In this document: one piece after another, positions 1 through 13,534 of the stretch
Layout of the letters: each line of letters begins with the position of its first letter
Numbering within the stretch: the stretch's first letter is position 1
DNA from: a virus
Taxonomy: Duplodnaviria > Caudoviricetes
IMG/VR virus record: IMGVR_UViG_3300028833_000067
Location: 112,888 to 176,887 of that record
DNA length: 64,000 bases
Reading direction: 5' to 3' (one strand)
Made by a program: the position numbers and the translations under genes
Notes under the pieces: generated by a model
What the model was told of the DNA's origin: nothing
Database searches by the model: none
What the model saw: only the letters and a program-made list of their open reading frames with translations

Positions 1-1
1 T

Positions 2-3000
2 AATAACTTTGACTGGTATAATGGTGGTTATGGTAGTGATGCTACTGGTAGTTACTTCCTTGTTAAGGCAGGTACTCGTGCGTACTTTGATTATAAAATG
101 TTTAAGAGTTATCAGCACGCTGTTGGTGAGAATACTTACGAAACTCGCAGCGCAGTATTCCGTGATGGCGCAGAAATGAAAATCATCTTCAAGACTGCGG
201 CAGTTCGTGACGCGGGCGCAACTTGGTTTACTAACATGGGTAAAACTAGTGAAAGTGACGCAGCAAAAGAAGTTGGTATTCAATTGAAAGTTCATGAAGG
301 TTGGTTAAGAACTGATTCTGCTTCTGATAAAGAAATTAATGGAGTCGCCGCAACCAATACCTACTTATACTTCCCATATTCTGAAGAAGATAAGATTGAA
401 CTTGATATTAGTATTAACAAACAGGCTGATGCTGCAACTAAGGGTCTCTTCTTAATGTCTTATGAAGATGGTTGCCCAAGTAAAGCATATCCTTACAGTG
501 TTACTGAAGCTTTATATCATACTACTAATGATGAATCCATTATTACAATTGGTTCCGATGACTGTGATGTTTACATTTACAGATTCAAGATTTATACTAC
601 AGCACTTGACACTGAAGATGTATTACGTAACTTCATTGCTGATGGTAAAGATGTTGAAGAAAGTATTAGCCGTTATGAACGCAATAGTATTTATTGGAAC
701 ACTCAGAATGCATCCTATACTCCTTATGAAGGTGAAGATACCGTTCTAGATCCAGAACGTCTTGCTGTAAAGATGCCTGATGTTAAAATCTTAATGTTAG
801 ATACTCCTCATTTCACTACCAGTAAGAAAGATTTCGTTGCTAACTCTAGTTTACGTTGTATTCATGCGCCAGGTGGTAAGGTATATCCAAGTCGCGGCAA
901 GGAAGATAACTGGCTATTCTATAACGGTTATCATGCTGGTCAAGGCACAACTTCTGACAAGTATGGTAATGCTGGACGTAATGTTGACTTCTTATTTGAA
1001 TGCGATGGCATACATAATCCTTCTGATAAGGTTAAGGATGAAAAATTCATTCCTAATTATCAATCCGCATTAATTCGCGGCTATGGTACTGATGAAGCAG
1101 AAGAACCTACTTACTGTTTAGATTGGAAGGACCAGGATACATGGCAGCCAAATACTGATTATACTTTACTATATACTATGTCTGATGATAGTACTCATCC
1201 AATGTTAGTACGTTATAATGGCAAAGTATATAAGTGTTTAGAAGCACATACAAGCGGTGAAACCTTTGATGCGACCAAGTGGGAAGAACAAGAAGGTTAC
1301 TCTAGTAAGGTTTCTTTAACTAGTACCTCTATTCCAAATAACTTCTTCAATTTAAAGGTTAATATCGCATCTTCTGAAAATGTTAATAATGCATTACTAC
1401 AGAAGAGATACAATGACTATCTTACTTATCTATCTCCAGCTTATATGCGTGATCGTCGCATTAAGAATGATATGGAATTTGTTCCTGCACTATTATTTGT
1501 GCGTGAAAATGATGAAGAACATACTACTGAGATGATTGAGGGTAATGAAGTCATTAACTATACTAACCACAAAGAGTTTAATGATACAAACTGGCATTTC
1601 TATGCATTAGGTAATATTGGTGACTCTAAGAAAACCGACTACACTCGTGCATATGATCCAACTGATATTAATGAATTTACTCTTGAAATTTCTGATAACA
1701 ATACCAATAACTCTCAGTTCTAGTCTGGTGTTTACTACTCTACTATTTATTATGATAGTGTAGAAAGCCCAGTAGTTGCTGATATCGGTAAGTATTATGA
1801 AGCTGATGGGGAAGTCACTCTAGTAGAGGACGAATCCAATCGCTACACTGGTACTTTCGTATTAACAACCGATACTGAAATTGATAATGGTAAGACCTAT
1901 TATGTACAAGCTCGTATGATTGAAGCATATCATGCAGAACAAGATAAAGACGATGACGGTACTTTACTTGATACTTTCACCGCTAAATCTGATGCAGGCG
2001 AGAGTGTACAGCCTATGGCTTATGCCTTCCCAATTACAATGGAAGAATGGGCAGGCTTAGATGAAAATGAAGAGCCTCGAAACATGAGATATTGGTCATT
2101 ATATAACGAAGAATTTGATGGTGATCACTCCTTTGAAATGCGTTATGCATATTATGGTAACTATCGTGATGGTAAATTAGTTAATGGTAATAAGGCAGAA
2201 TCTGAAGCTGTACGAAAACGTAATAGCGATGTATGGCGCGCTTTCTACACTTGGCTAATAACTGCAACAGATGAAGAATTTGTTGAACAACTAGATGAGT
2301 GGGTAGTAAGGCGCTCAGTAGCATTCTTCTATGCCTTTACTCATTATTATACCATGATGGATAACCGTGCAAAGAATACATTCTGGCATTTCGCAAAGAC
2401 TGGTAAACACCGTAAGGTGCTACATCCTATGAAGGAAATGATTCATACTTATGATGAAAATCCAAGCGGCGATGCTGTAGCTGATGCACAGGATGCAGAT
2501 ATTTGGAATGGTACATTCGTTCGTACTTCTGATACCGACCTTGACCCTGAAAAGCAATACTATACCGAATACGCTTTCGATATGTGGGTATATGACTGTG
2601 ATACTGCTATTGGTATTGATAATAACGGTGAATTAGTATTCCCATATGGTAAAGAAGATACTGACTATCGTATTGATGGCGATGCTTCTTCTTCCTACGT
2701 ATTTAATGGTGCAGGCTCCATCTTTTGGCGCCGCTTAAGTAAGAGCTGTAATAGTGATATTGTTAGCGCATTTACTGGTGCAAATGAAAGATGTTTCAAT
2801 GCAGAACATTTGATTCAAGAGTTCGATAAGGTACAAGGATGTTATCCAGAAGCAATCTGGAGATTAGATGTAGAACGTAAGTATATTCGTTCCTTCACCG
2901 GTGACTACGGATACACTAAGGCTAACCCATATCAAAAGGTATTCCTTACCCGCCAAGAAACTCGTTTCTTACGTGATATGATGCAAGGCCGTAAGAAATA

Positions 3001-6000
3001 TCAACGTCGTCAATGGTGTAAAGATCAAGATGTTTACTTTGGTAGTAAATATTTACTTCCAAATGTATTCGCTGATCTATTTGAGTTCTCTTGTTATAAT
3101 CCTGGCGGCATGGCTGTAACACCGAACTGGGATTTAACAATTACTCCATATCAGGATATGTACATTAATATATCCTATGCTGAAACGTTTGCCCGTCCTT
3201 TCCGTGCAAAAGCTGGTAAAACATATGAGTTTAAATCTATCTTAAATGATATGAATGATTCTCGTATTCGTATTTATGGTGCAAATCATATTCAAGCTCT
3301 AGCAGGTAAAGCAATCCGTGATGCGGAAACGGGTGAAATTATCGGTGCTGAAGGTCTTGCTTCTTTCTACATGAAGGCAAACAACTTCCAGCATACACAT
3401 AAATTACGTAAGTTAATCATTGGTACTCCTAACACTGCTTATGAAAATGGTAACTTTACTACACTTAATATTACAGATGACAACCCAATCCTTGAAGTTT
3501 TAGATATCTAGAATTGCAATAACTTAGGTGGTCAACTTCCTTTAAGTAAGAGCACTTCTATTCAAAGAATTGAAGCACAAGGTACACAGATTACCTCTGT
3601 TAACTTACCTCCTAACACTGGTATACAAGTACTCCACTTACCAGAAACAATTAATAACATTACTCTATACTCTGCAAAGAGCCTACAAGAAATCACCTTA
3701 AAAGAGCGTGATGGAACAGTTAATACTTCTAATCTAACTACCTTATTAGTTAATGACAGTGACTACTCTTCAGTAAACGGTGAACTGCCAACCGTTAATT
3801 GGATGAAACTCGCGGCAAGTGCCTTGAGTCATATATCTAGCTTACAGTTAATTGGTTTAAGATCCGCTTACATTGGAAACATTTCTGACTTAGAACCTTT
3901 TGCTATGCGTAAGAATCAGTTAGGTACTACCACTAATGAAGCTGGTGACGAAATCTACAGAGTGTGGTTAAGTGGTCAAATCGCAGTTACTGGCGCATGG
4001 TCACAAATTGAGATAGATGATTATCAGTCTATCTGGCCCATAACTTTTACAACAATTCCCGCTAAGGAGCAATAGAAAGTTAAAGTAACTTATATGGAGA
4101 GCGCGCATTGGGAAGGAAATACTTGGGTAGAAGCACAACAAATAGGCGACTCTATATATGTTGCAGCAACTGGTAAAGATAGCGATCGCACTATCCCCGA
4201 TATTTATTATGGTTAGCAGCTTAGCGATTTACCAACTAGACCTTCTACTATTGATGAAGTATTCTCTTTTGGTGAAATTTTAGATGGACAATATTTAATG
4301 TATTCTGGCTGGTCTAAAACTCAAGGGCCTAATGCTGTTCCATTGAATAGTTTAAATGGCGGCAACTATGGTATTAATAATTTATATAGAGCTACTTCAA
4401 ATGATGTTGAAACAGGAATTACATTATATACTTATTATAAAGCATCAGCACATAAGTATACTGTAAGATGGTATTTAGATGATAATACTATAGTTAAATC
4501 CATGAGTAATCAAGATGCACATGGTGGATATACTCTAGAAGCTCCTACTGTTAAAGAAATGAGAACAGGTGTTGTTGATTATTCTAATAAATTAGCTTCA
4601 TATTCCTTTAAAGACGATACAGTAACTTATAAAATTTTTGATGGATGGGAGAAACTTCCTACTGATATTAGTCCAACATTAAAAGAATCAGATACTAGTA
4701 TATATCGTATTGATGCTAAATGGTATGAGGAGACTAAGTCGCTAACTGGAGAAAATGGTCTATTTAAAGATACATCTAATCTTACATTAGATTAGCTATA
4801 TATCTTATCTCATATGGATAGCTCAATGAAAAATAGTTTTACAGATAGTAAGCAAATTACTATTAATTAGAAATTTAGTTATACAATGGGATATGATGGA
4901 TTAAAAGATGGTTTGGTATTTGCTAATAATAAAAACTTTATTAATAGCCCAGCTACTCTCATTGCCGGTGAATATGCTACTGTTAATGGACAACGTATTG
5001 CTCCTTTCTCTAATAATGATGGCTTTACTATTGCAATAGATTATCAATTTGATAAAAATTAGAATTTAAATTCTAAAGCCGCAGTATTAGTAGGCTGTTA
5101 TAATAAAAATGAAGGAAATATTACTGGTTTTGCACTTTATCGAAATGGTGCTTCAACTGGTGAAGTACGTATAGGATATGGAGATTTTATTAATGACAGT
5201 AATAAATCTAAAGTTATTAATAATAGTGGTGCACGAAATATTGTTGTTATACGTCATCCAAAAGGATCATCAATACTATATATTTACTCCAGCGCAGCAA
5301 AGAATGATATTACTGCTATTAATTTACCAAACGTAGAATCAATTGATGTCAATACACAATTAATTGATAACAATGCATTTATTTGTTTAGGGAATTTACG
5401 TACTGATATTAGTGGCGATTCTGCTCTTTCTGATAATCCTTCTTATACTAATGAAATTAATAATGCCGGTAATGCATACGGAACTATTTATTGGGCAAAA
5501 TATTGGCCAGAAGACTTGGGTGCTGGTGAATGTAAACAACTAGCTGCGTGGCCGCATGAATCTATGACTTCTATGATTGCCGCGATAGGTTCTAATCAAA
5601 CAACTCTTCCAAACATTTATTTAAGCAATCTAAATGCTTCTCAGCATGCTTCAGTATAGCCACGAACATTAGGGAATACTACAGCAGAGCTTGGATGGGG
5701 TAATTCTGGAATTAAGTAGATTTGTGATAATCGTATTTTTGCTGGTTTACCAATAAGAATGCAATCTATTATAGGTAAGATTAATATTGGTTATTATAAT
5801 TCATATGTTACTCTTGATGAATATAATGCGCCAAGTTATGGTATAAATAATAATCTATTAACTGATGGGGCCTTTGTATATGTTCCTTCTATTAGTAGCT
5901 TAACATCTAGTATGAATACATATAATAAGGAATCAATAGTTGAACGTACTGGAAATTCTAGCAATGATACCAGTGATATTACTCCTTATCCATGGTTAAA

Positions 6001-6535
6001 TACTCCAATATAGATTTATGATTGGAATATAAATACAGAAACGCATTGGGTAAAATCAGATATGGTTAGTAACTCTAATTATCTTAATATTCGATTCGCA
6101 AATAAATCTTTATTATCTTTAGGAAAAGATAATAATTTAAGAATTTTCTGTATTAATGCTCCTAATCCCACTTTAATTAATGGTAGAATATATGATGAAA
6201 TTAATTCTAATATTACTGATGGTATAAAAACAAATGATATTGTCATATTAAATAATATTGCTTATTTGTATATAAGTAGTACTGATTATACTCCTTATGT
6301 CATGGATATTGTTAGTTCCAATACTGACTCTAGACTTAATACAAATGGTAATGGTGGATGGATTAAAAGTATAGCTTATCCAACTCGTTCAGTTTCTTAT
6401 GGTAACCAATAGAGCAATTTTATTTATATTAAATAGGATGGTAATATGGTGGTTCCAAGTAGTGGAAGCGATTAGGCATATAATCAAAGTAGCTTTGATA
6501 GTAAGCTAAATTTAACTTATGCATACACAATTTAA
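2..6535 (+). CDS. Giant virion/tail-associated protein, 5'-partial, >2170 aa (LamG-like, CBM-like and LRR-like segments); TAG read as Gln
   Basis: Track ORFs 98, 1916, 3803, 4298, 5759 and 6062 share one frame and are separated only by TAG. The frame is open from nt 2 to TAA 6533-6535, followed by a hairpin. Confidence 0.8.
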
Positions 6536-6543
6536 CGTTAAAT

Positions 6544-6574
6544 GGAGGCGGCTATTTTTAGCCGCCTCCTTCTT
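6544..6574 (+). terminator. GC hairpin (possible intrinsic terminator)
   Basis: GGAGGCGGCTA-TTT-TAGCCGCCTCC-type inverted repeat followed by TTCTT. Confidence 0.55.
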
Positions 6575-6586
6575 GGAGGTAATAAC

Positions 6587-7324
6587 ATGAAATATTTTAA
6601 AATCATAAAAGATAACACTATTATTGGTGCAGTTACTTCTTAGAGCTTTGTACGTTATTAGCCTGAAACTGGTAGTTTTACTAGAGCAACAGAAGAAAAT
6701 GGAGAATATTTAGCTTATAACGGTTATTTTTATAGGGCTACTTGGATGGTACCAATGATTAAAACAATATCTCATATTGATGCATTAATACTTGCTATTA
6801 GTGAAGAAGAATATAATATTTATATGGATGCTATTTCTAATCATGAACAGTTGCCTGATGAAGAAGTTATTCCTATAGAACCTGATGAGCCAACTCCAGT
6901 TGATCCAATAGAACAATTATCTATAGATTTTATTCGCTCTTCTAAATTAAAAGAACTGTCTATAGCTTGCCGCCGCGCCATTGAAAATGGAATTGATCTT
7001 ACTATTCGTGGTGAAACTAAACATTTTTCACTAACAGCGCAAGACCAACTTAATCTAATGGATCTTAAAACTCTAGTTGAAACTGAAGACTTCATTCCTT
7101 ATCATGCTGATAATGAAGAACAAATGTTCTATACCGCAGCAGAAATAAAACAAATTATTGCCGCAGCATCTGCGCATAAAATTTATCAAACAACTTATCA
7201 TAATTCTTTAAAAACATATGTAAATAGTTTAGAGACAATAGAAGAAATATCTGCTATTACATATGGAATTTCTATTCCAGAAGAATATAAGACTGAGGTA
7301 CTAAAAACCCTTAAAACTGAATAA
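6587..7324 (+). CDS. DUF4376-like tail assembly protein
   Basis: GGAGG RBS then ATG 6587, in frame with track ORF 6746 through two TAG; FSLTAQDQLNL...YHAD motif. Confidence 0.7.
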
Positions 7325-7338
7325 CGGGGGTGATGTCT

Positions 7339-7698
7339 ATGGCGAATAAAATTGCTGCTGTAGCATTATAGTATAGCAAGTGGCTTAGTCGTTTTATTTG
7401 TTGGATTTGGGCTATTTATCGTTTTGCGACCTTAATTGGTTCAATAATTCGGCCCGAAGCCGCGGAAGCTTTAGCTTCAACTCTATATAATTTAGATTGG
7501 ATTATGCTAGTTAATGAGGGTACTTATTTAGTTAATAGTCTTGGGGAAAAATATCTTTATAGCGATAAGTTTATTCTTAGATGGCTAGATAAAGGCGGCC
7601 TAAAAAATATGATTGGACGTGTAACTTCATTGCGGCATGAACCTAAAGAAGATGAACAAGTGTATGAAGAAGAAGAAGAAGGTGAGGAAAATGGCTGA
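7339..7698 (+). CDS. Membrane protein, holin candidate
   Basis: ATG 7339 in frame with ORF 7504 through TAG; hydrophobic N-terminal helices, acidic tail; overlaps the endolysin start. Confidence 0.55.
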
Positions 7699-8491
7699 TA
7701 TAAAACCATCTGCATTAATTGCTAAATTTTAGTATGCCCTAGATAATAAATGGGGCTATATTTTAGGACAATGGCATGCATAGTGGACACAAGCATTGTA
7801 GAATTAGAAAATTAATTATATAAAAAGTAAATATGGAGATGGCTGGAAAACCAGCTCTAGCGCCAAGAGAGATAAATATTATTATGCCGCTCTTTACGGC
7901 GCAAAATGGATCGGCCATTGGGTCACAGATTGCTCTGGTTTATTTTACTGGGCTTTTAAAGAACTTGGTGGGTATATGTACCATGGTTCTAATACAATGT
8001 GGAATAAATATTGCGTGGCTAAAGGTAAATTATCTGGCGGAAAACGTACTGATGGCAATGAATTAAAGCCGGGAACCGCAGTATTTGTTCTCAAGGGAAC
8101 TTCTGATCGTTCTCATGTGGGCTTATATATTGGCGGCGGTAAAGTTATTGAAGCTTCTGGTACATAGGCCGGTGTTTGTTATAGTAATGTGAGCGATAAA
8201 AAATGGGCAGAATGGGGAGAATTAAAAGGAGTTGATTATAAGAGTATAAACTCAGAAGTTGAACCTACTCCTAGTACTCCATTAACACCAATAGAGCCCG
8301 GCCCTATAACTATAGGTTCTGCACTAGTTAATGCTACCAGAGTTGCTTTACGTTCTGCTCCTTCTACCAGCGCAACAATTCTTACTCGCGTAGATAAAGG
8401 CGAGAGAGTATAGGTATTAGATGATGAATGGACTCGAGTTTCCTATCAAGGGAAAACTGGATATATGATGAGTAAATTTTTAACTCGATAA
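7691..8491 (+). CDS. Endolysin: NlpC/P60 peptidase + C-terminal SH3b
   Basis: With TAG readthrough: DCSGL...HVGLYIGGGKVIEA catalytic motifs, Pro-rich linker, SH3b (VALRSAPS...WTRVSYQGKTGYMMSKFL); six in-frame TAG. Confidence 0.85.
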
Positions 8492-8523
8492 AATAGTGGG
8501 CAATTAAAGCCCACTATTTTTTT
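8490..8523 (+). terminator. Intrinsic terminator
   Basis: AAAATAGTGGGC...GCCCACTATTTT followed by a T-run. Confidence 0.75.
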
Positions 8524-8612
8524 ATATCTTAAAATAAATAGTAATATTTTTCTCTTCTCCTATTACCTTAAAATAGGGAAATATCCTTAAATTTGTTAAA
8601 GGAAGTGATAAT

Positions 8613-8828
8613 ATGGCATATAAAATGACAAAAAGAGGATCATTAGATAATGAAACCACTAATGAATTTTTCTGTGATACTGCCAGTGATTTAAATAAAA
8701 TTCCGGCTTCAGAAATTAATCTTGGGTCTGTTGCTGTTATAGTTGATACTATGGAAGTCTATATTGCAAATAGTAATAAATAGTGGATTAGTATGACTCC
8801 CACTAGTGACGAGGAGAGTGAACCATAA
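8613..8828 (+). CDS. Hypothetical virion-module protein
   Basis: RBS, one in-frame TAG, TAA overlaps next ATG (TAATG). Confidence 0.6.
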
Positions 8829-10657
8829 TGGATATAATTGATATTATGCTCGCGCGTGCTATGACACCGCAAGGGAAGACCGAAACATATGTAGCAAAGG
8901 CCAATGCTGCCGCAGCAAAAGCAGAAAAAGCAGAACAAGATGCAGCAACTGCAATTAGTACTGTTGAGGCGGCCGCAGATGAGATAGCTACCGCACGCGA
9001 GGAAGCCGCGGCATTATTAGAAGAAGCGCAAAATACTTTAGAAACCGCTCAGCAAGCGCAAATTAATTTCCCTGAATCCTATAATACAACAGGACAAAAT
9101 ACAGATGGTTATATGACTCAGAAAGCAGTAACCGACGCTTTAAATGATAAAGTTAGTATAACTAATTTTAATGTTGCTTTATCTCAAAAAGCAGATACTG
9201 CCACTACCGTAACTAAATAGTATGTTGATAGTGCTATTGCTTCAATTTCTAGTGGCAGTACAGTTATAGGAGGCGGCGGAAACACTAATCTTGGAAGTGA
9301 AAACGCCGGTTATTTAGTCGTTGTTGGCGAAGATGGAAATATTAAACCTGGCGATGTAGATGAAATGACTTTAATTAGTTCTTTAATTAATAGTGGTACT
9401 TATGTCGCACGAGAAGCAGTTGGACTAGAAATAGACTATGCCGGTAAAGCAGTTTCTCGTATTCAAGAAGCGGTTGGCCTTAATATGGGTACTGATTTTA
9501 ATAACTATATTATGTATGGCGGCCGTATGCGCTGTAATGTTGCTGATGACGGCACAATAACTGCTTTCTATGGAGACGCAAATTATAAAGAAGATGGATC
9601 GAATGGATAGGTTATGGTTTATTAGCCAAAATTCTATTATCAAAGAATTCCATTAAATGTACAAGATATTGCTAATGGCCGCGCAGTACGTCATGAGACA
9701 TTAATTCTTAGCGCGAAAAAACAAACCGGGTTTAAGCTTCATCCAATTTTTAGTGATGGCAATGGCGGAGAACTTGATTATATATTATTCTCTGCCTATA
9801 ATGGTAGTTTAGTTGATAATAAATTAGCGTCTATTGCAAATGTTAAGCCTGCCGCGAATATGAATATTACTCAGGCAGAAACATATGCTATTGCTCGCGG
9901 AAATGGCTGGCATATTAATAACATGGCCGCGGTTAGTGCTAATTAGATGCTATAGGTTGTAGAATATGGTAGTATGAATGGATAGGCATCTTTTGAAGAT
10001 GGTATATCCAATTTATCTAAAATTACTCCTAATATTAATTGTAGCGCAATTACTGGTTCTACCGCCGCACTTGGTAATGAGAGCGGGCATGCGGAATCTA
10101 CCATTAATGATAATAATGGAGTCGAAGTAACAAACACTCAAGCAGGAGAACGTGCTATTAGTTATCGTGGATTAGAGAATCCTTGGGGCAATTTATGGAA
10201 TTACATTGGTGGATGTAATATTTATGGAGATGGTACTCGTTTTGGTGGTTCTCCATATATTTGTATTGACTTTAATTATACTCCAAGTACCATTGGCGAT
10301 AATTATGAATATATTGGCTTTAATCTACCAAATGCTTATGGTTGGATTAGCGCAATGGGCTGTACTAATTAGAAATATGACTGGATATTTATGCCTATTG
10401 AATGTTCTAATACTGCGAATAGTTTATTACCAGTAGGCGATAATTTATGGACAGTAGCCAATGTAGATGTAATGAAGACAGCGGCAGTAGGCGGTTCATA
10501 TTCTTTTAAAGATAATAATGGATTATTCTATTATGCTTGTGATAATAATGTAACACGCTCTGCTTCTAATTTTGGCGCCCGTCTAATGTATATTCCAACT
10601 AAAAATACAACTTATACAGCTAATATAAATAAATGGAAAAATAAAATAGGAGAGTGA
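8828..10657 (+). CDS. Tail/structural protein (~609 aa), coiled-coil N-terminus
   Basis: Track ORFs 8828, 9365 and 10391 in one frame joined by TAG; YRGLENPWGN motif typical of phage tail proteins. Confidence 0.7.
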
Positions 10658-10662
10658 TAGCT

Positions 10663-10908
10663 ATGCGAGAGTATAAAAATATAAGTAGCTCAATAGAACC
10701 TAGTGAAATAGAGTTTACTCCCAATGCTGTTTACATAGCAAAAAATATTACTCCTTATGAAGAAAATTTAGGTGACCGTGTTATTAGTGGATACAAGTAT
10801 GATTGTACAGAATATAGTAAAGATGAATATATGATTTATTAGAATGAAAAGATAAAATCATTAGAGGATGAATTAAAGGCCGCAAAAATCTTACTAGGAG
10901 TTGATTAA
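10663..10908 (+). CDS. Small tail-module protein
   Basis: Track ORF 10654 extended through TAG to TAA. Confidence 0.6.
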
Positions 10909-10910
10909 TT

Positions 10911-11312
10911 ATGACATTATTAGACTTAGCAAGAAAACTTCGCCCTTTTATAGAGAAAGCGGCTATATCTTTATCTGATGAAGACGCGCTGGAGGCAGTT
11001 AATTTATTTCCTAATTGGCATGAGGGTATAGCCTATGAAAAGGATGCCCGAGTAAAATATGAAGAAATATTATATAAATGCCTTCAAGCGCATACTTCAT
11101 AGAGTGGGTGGACTCCTATCGCCGCTCCAAGTTTATGGGCGAAAGTATTAATTCCTGATGAAAATGTTATTCCTGAATGGGAGTAGCCAGATAGTACTAA
11201 TCCTTATATGAAAGGAGACAAAGTATTATTTAATAATATAGTATACGAAAGTACAATAGACAATAATATATGGTCACCCGCGGACTATCCGGGAGGATGG
11301 CACGCACTTTAA
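10911..11312 (+). CDS. Carbohydrate-binding (CBM5/12-like) phage protein
   Basis: YKCLQAHTS(Q)SGWTP..APSLW...WE(Q)PDSTNPYMKGDKV; TAG falls at expected Gln positions. Confidence 0.75.
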
Positions 11313-11315
11313 TAT

Positions 11316-11345
11316 TTGACAAATTATTATTCAATATGATATAAT
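11316..11345 (+). promoter_or_regulatory. sigmaA-type promoter
   Basis: TTGACA-N18-TATAAT with TG extension. Confidence 0.6.
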
Positions 11346-11367
11346 AAAAGAAAAAGGAGGTAATGGT

Positions 11368-11706
11368 ATGAACATTACTCAAATTTTACTTGGGATTATT
11401 ATTTTAATTGGCGGTGCTATTAGTTTATTTGTAATTCCTTATCTTAAGGCGCATATGACAACAGAGTAGATTGGAATTTTAACTGGTATTGCACAAACTG
11501 TAGTATATGCCGCAGAAAAGATTTTTGGCGCGAAGATGGGCGCAGACAAATTAGCTTATGCTCTAAGAGTGGCTAAAGAATTACTTGCAAAAAAGGGATT
11601 ATCTTTTGATGAAGATATAATTCGTGCAGCAATTGAAGCGCAAGTACAACAATTAACTTTAGAAAAAACTACTGTAGAGAATGCAATTGAGGCTAAGAAA
11701 GACTAA
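11368..11706 (+). CDS. Phage holin, LL-H family
   Basis: N-terminal TM helix; VVYAAEKIFG...GADKL...IRAAIEAQV; one TAG. Confidence 0.75.
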
Positions 11707-11987
11707 TGAAAGCTTCTGTAAAAACAGCTAATAAAGGCGCTTTAAATTTACGTGCTGCACCTTCCTCTTCTGCAAAAATACTTGCACAAATTCCTTATGG
11801 GACAGAATTGGAAGTTTCAACTCTATCGACAGAATGGGTTCCTGTTACTTATGAAAGTGGAACTGGATATGTAATGAGTAAATTTTTAAGTGAATTACAA
11901 GATTCAACAGCTACAAAAGCTAGTTTAAAAAAAGTCTATGATGAGCTATCTATAGCTCTAAAAATGATAGAAGACATTTTAAAGTGA
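11706..11987 (+). CDS. SH3b-domain protein
   Basis: LNLRAAPSSSAKILAQIPYG...GYVMSKFL. Confidence 0.75.
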   Translation: MKASVKTANKGALNLRAAPSSSAKILAQIPYGTELEVSTLSTEWVPVTYESGTGYVMSKFLSELQDSTATKASLKKVYDELSIALKMIEDILK

Positions 11988-11997
11988 GGTTACTTTA

Positions 11998-12192
11998 ATG
12001 GAAGAACAACTATTTGATGAAATTGGATGTTTTTATTGTTATGATAATAAGCATTAGAAAGAAAAGAAACCATTATGGTTTATGGATGCCGCAAATAATT
12101 TAAAAGTATGCGATTATTGCCCTAAGTGCGGGCGAAAATATGGGGAGGTGCCAATGAATGAATAGTTGGAATCAGCCATAGATGTAGAATAA
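11998..12192 (+). CDS. Small Zn-ribbon protein
   Basis: CFYC...CDYCPKCGRK, read through TAG. Confidence 0.55.
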
Positions 12193-12595
12193 TATGACAA
12201 TGGGACAAGCGCAATTTAATCCATATAGTTCTTGGAACTTCCCTAATCCTTAGCCAAGAACTTTTAATTAGCCTTTACCTACTTATCGCGCTGACCCAAT
12301 TCATGGAGAAAATGCCGCGTGGCAATTTCCTATGGGGCCGAATAGTGAGATTTATTTACCAGATAGCGATAAGGATATCATTTGGTGGATTAGAACTGAT
12401 CAAAATAATAATAGATCAGTAATGCCTTTTGATGTTAAACCGCATCAAGAGCCAGCTCCTGTTGATACTAATGATTTAGCCGCAAGGTTAGCAGCTGTGG
12501 AGGAATGGATAAATGGCAAGTAGAATAAGTCAAATGCGAAACGGAATGCAGCAAATGCCGCAGAACAACAATCTGCAAGTGGAAGCAACGCGTAA
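12158..12595 (+). CDS. Gln/Asn/Pro-rich hypothetical protein
   Basis: GGAGG RBS; in frame with ORF 12332 through several TAG. Confidence 0.65.
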
Positions 12596-12782
12596 TTTAA
12601 TGCAGTAGCTAAAAACCGCAACTAATTAGCAAGCAATGTTAAATTAGATTTTACAAGGAAATCCAGCAATTGCAAATTTAGTACGTAGCGGCGGAAGTTT
12701 AGAGGCATATGCAAGATAGATGGCCGCAAGCAAAGGTATAGATATTAATTGGTTATTAAAACAATTGCAAGGAGGAATGTAA
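12513..12782 (+). CDS. Gln/Met-rich small helical protein
   Basis: GAGGA RBS; four TAG in a Gln-rich context. Confidence 0.6.
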
Positions 12783-12783
12783 T

Positions 12784-13077
12784 ATGAATACTATTATTTT
12801 TAATAATGAAAACAGTTTTCAAGTAGAAAGTTATAGTAAGACCACAAATTTTGATGGTGTTAATATATATAGCAATGCTACTGCAACATTATTAGGTTAT
12901 GGAACAGATGTAAATGCTTTAAACGGTATGCTAAATTAGACTATTACTTCTATTAAAATTGTTTCTAATGGTAATACAATTTATGAAATCACTGATCTTA
13001 ATGCTGAAATTAACTCCATTACTGAGTATCTTAGCGGTGATCATATGAGTATCAATTTAAATATGATATTTAAGTGA
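12784..13077 (+). CDS. Hypothetical protein
   Basis: GGAGGA RBS; one TAG; ends TGA. Confidence 0.6.
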
Positions 13078-13088
13078 GGTAATGATAT

Positions 13089-13397
13089 ATGAAAATCATT
13101 TCCGAGATTTGTGATAAAATTGAATGTGAACTTAAATAGGCAGAAAAATATATAGATTGCGCTATTTACGTACAATAGGATTATCCTTAGTTAGCAGAAA
13201 TTTATTATAAATTAAGCGATTAGCGCATGAAAGATTAGAGTATGCTACATGACTAGGTTGTAGCTATAATAAATGAATATAAAAAATCTAATGGTGAGCC
13301 ACCTGAAACTATGAAATTTCTTTATGAATACCTTCATAAAAAATTTATTGACTGGGCTGCATAGATTAAAATTAAACAAAATTTATATAAGACCTAA
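13089..13397 (+). CDS. Ferritin-like/four-helix hypothetical protein
   Basis: GAGG RBS; open only if seven TAG are read as sense. Confidence 0.6.
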
Positions 13398-13400
13398 TAT

Positions 13401-13430
13401 TTGACAATGAGAAATAGAATATGTTATAAT
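13401..13430 (+). promoter_or_regulatory. sigmaA-type promoter
   Basis: TTGACA-N18-TATAAT with TG extension. Confidence 0.6.
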
Positions 13431-13534
13431 AATAAGGTGGTATTGAACTGCAGCTTCGCGCCAGTTTTATACTGCAACAATGAGGGGCCACCTTTTGATA
13501 AGGGCCCCTTATTTTTTTTATGGAGGTGAGGTAA

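Noticed and set aside
98-6412. Six separate genes or a decayed pseudogene, as in the ORF track
   Set aside because: All fragments share one frame and are broken only by TAG; this is one gene under code 15.
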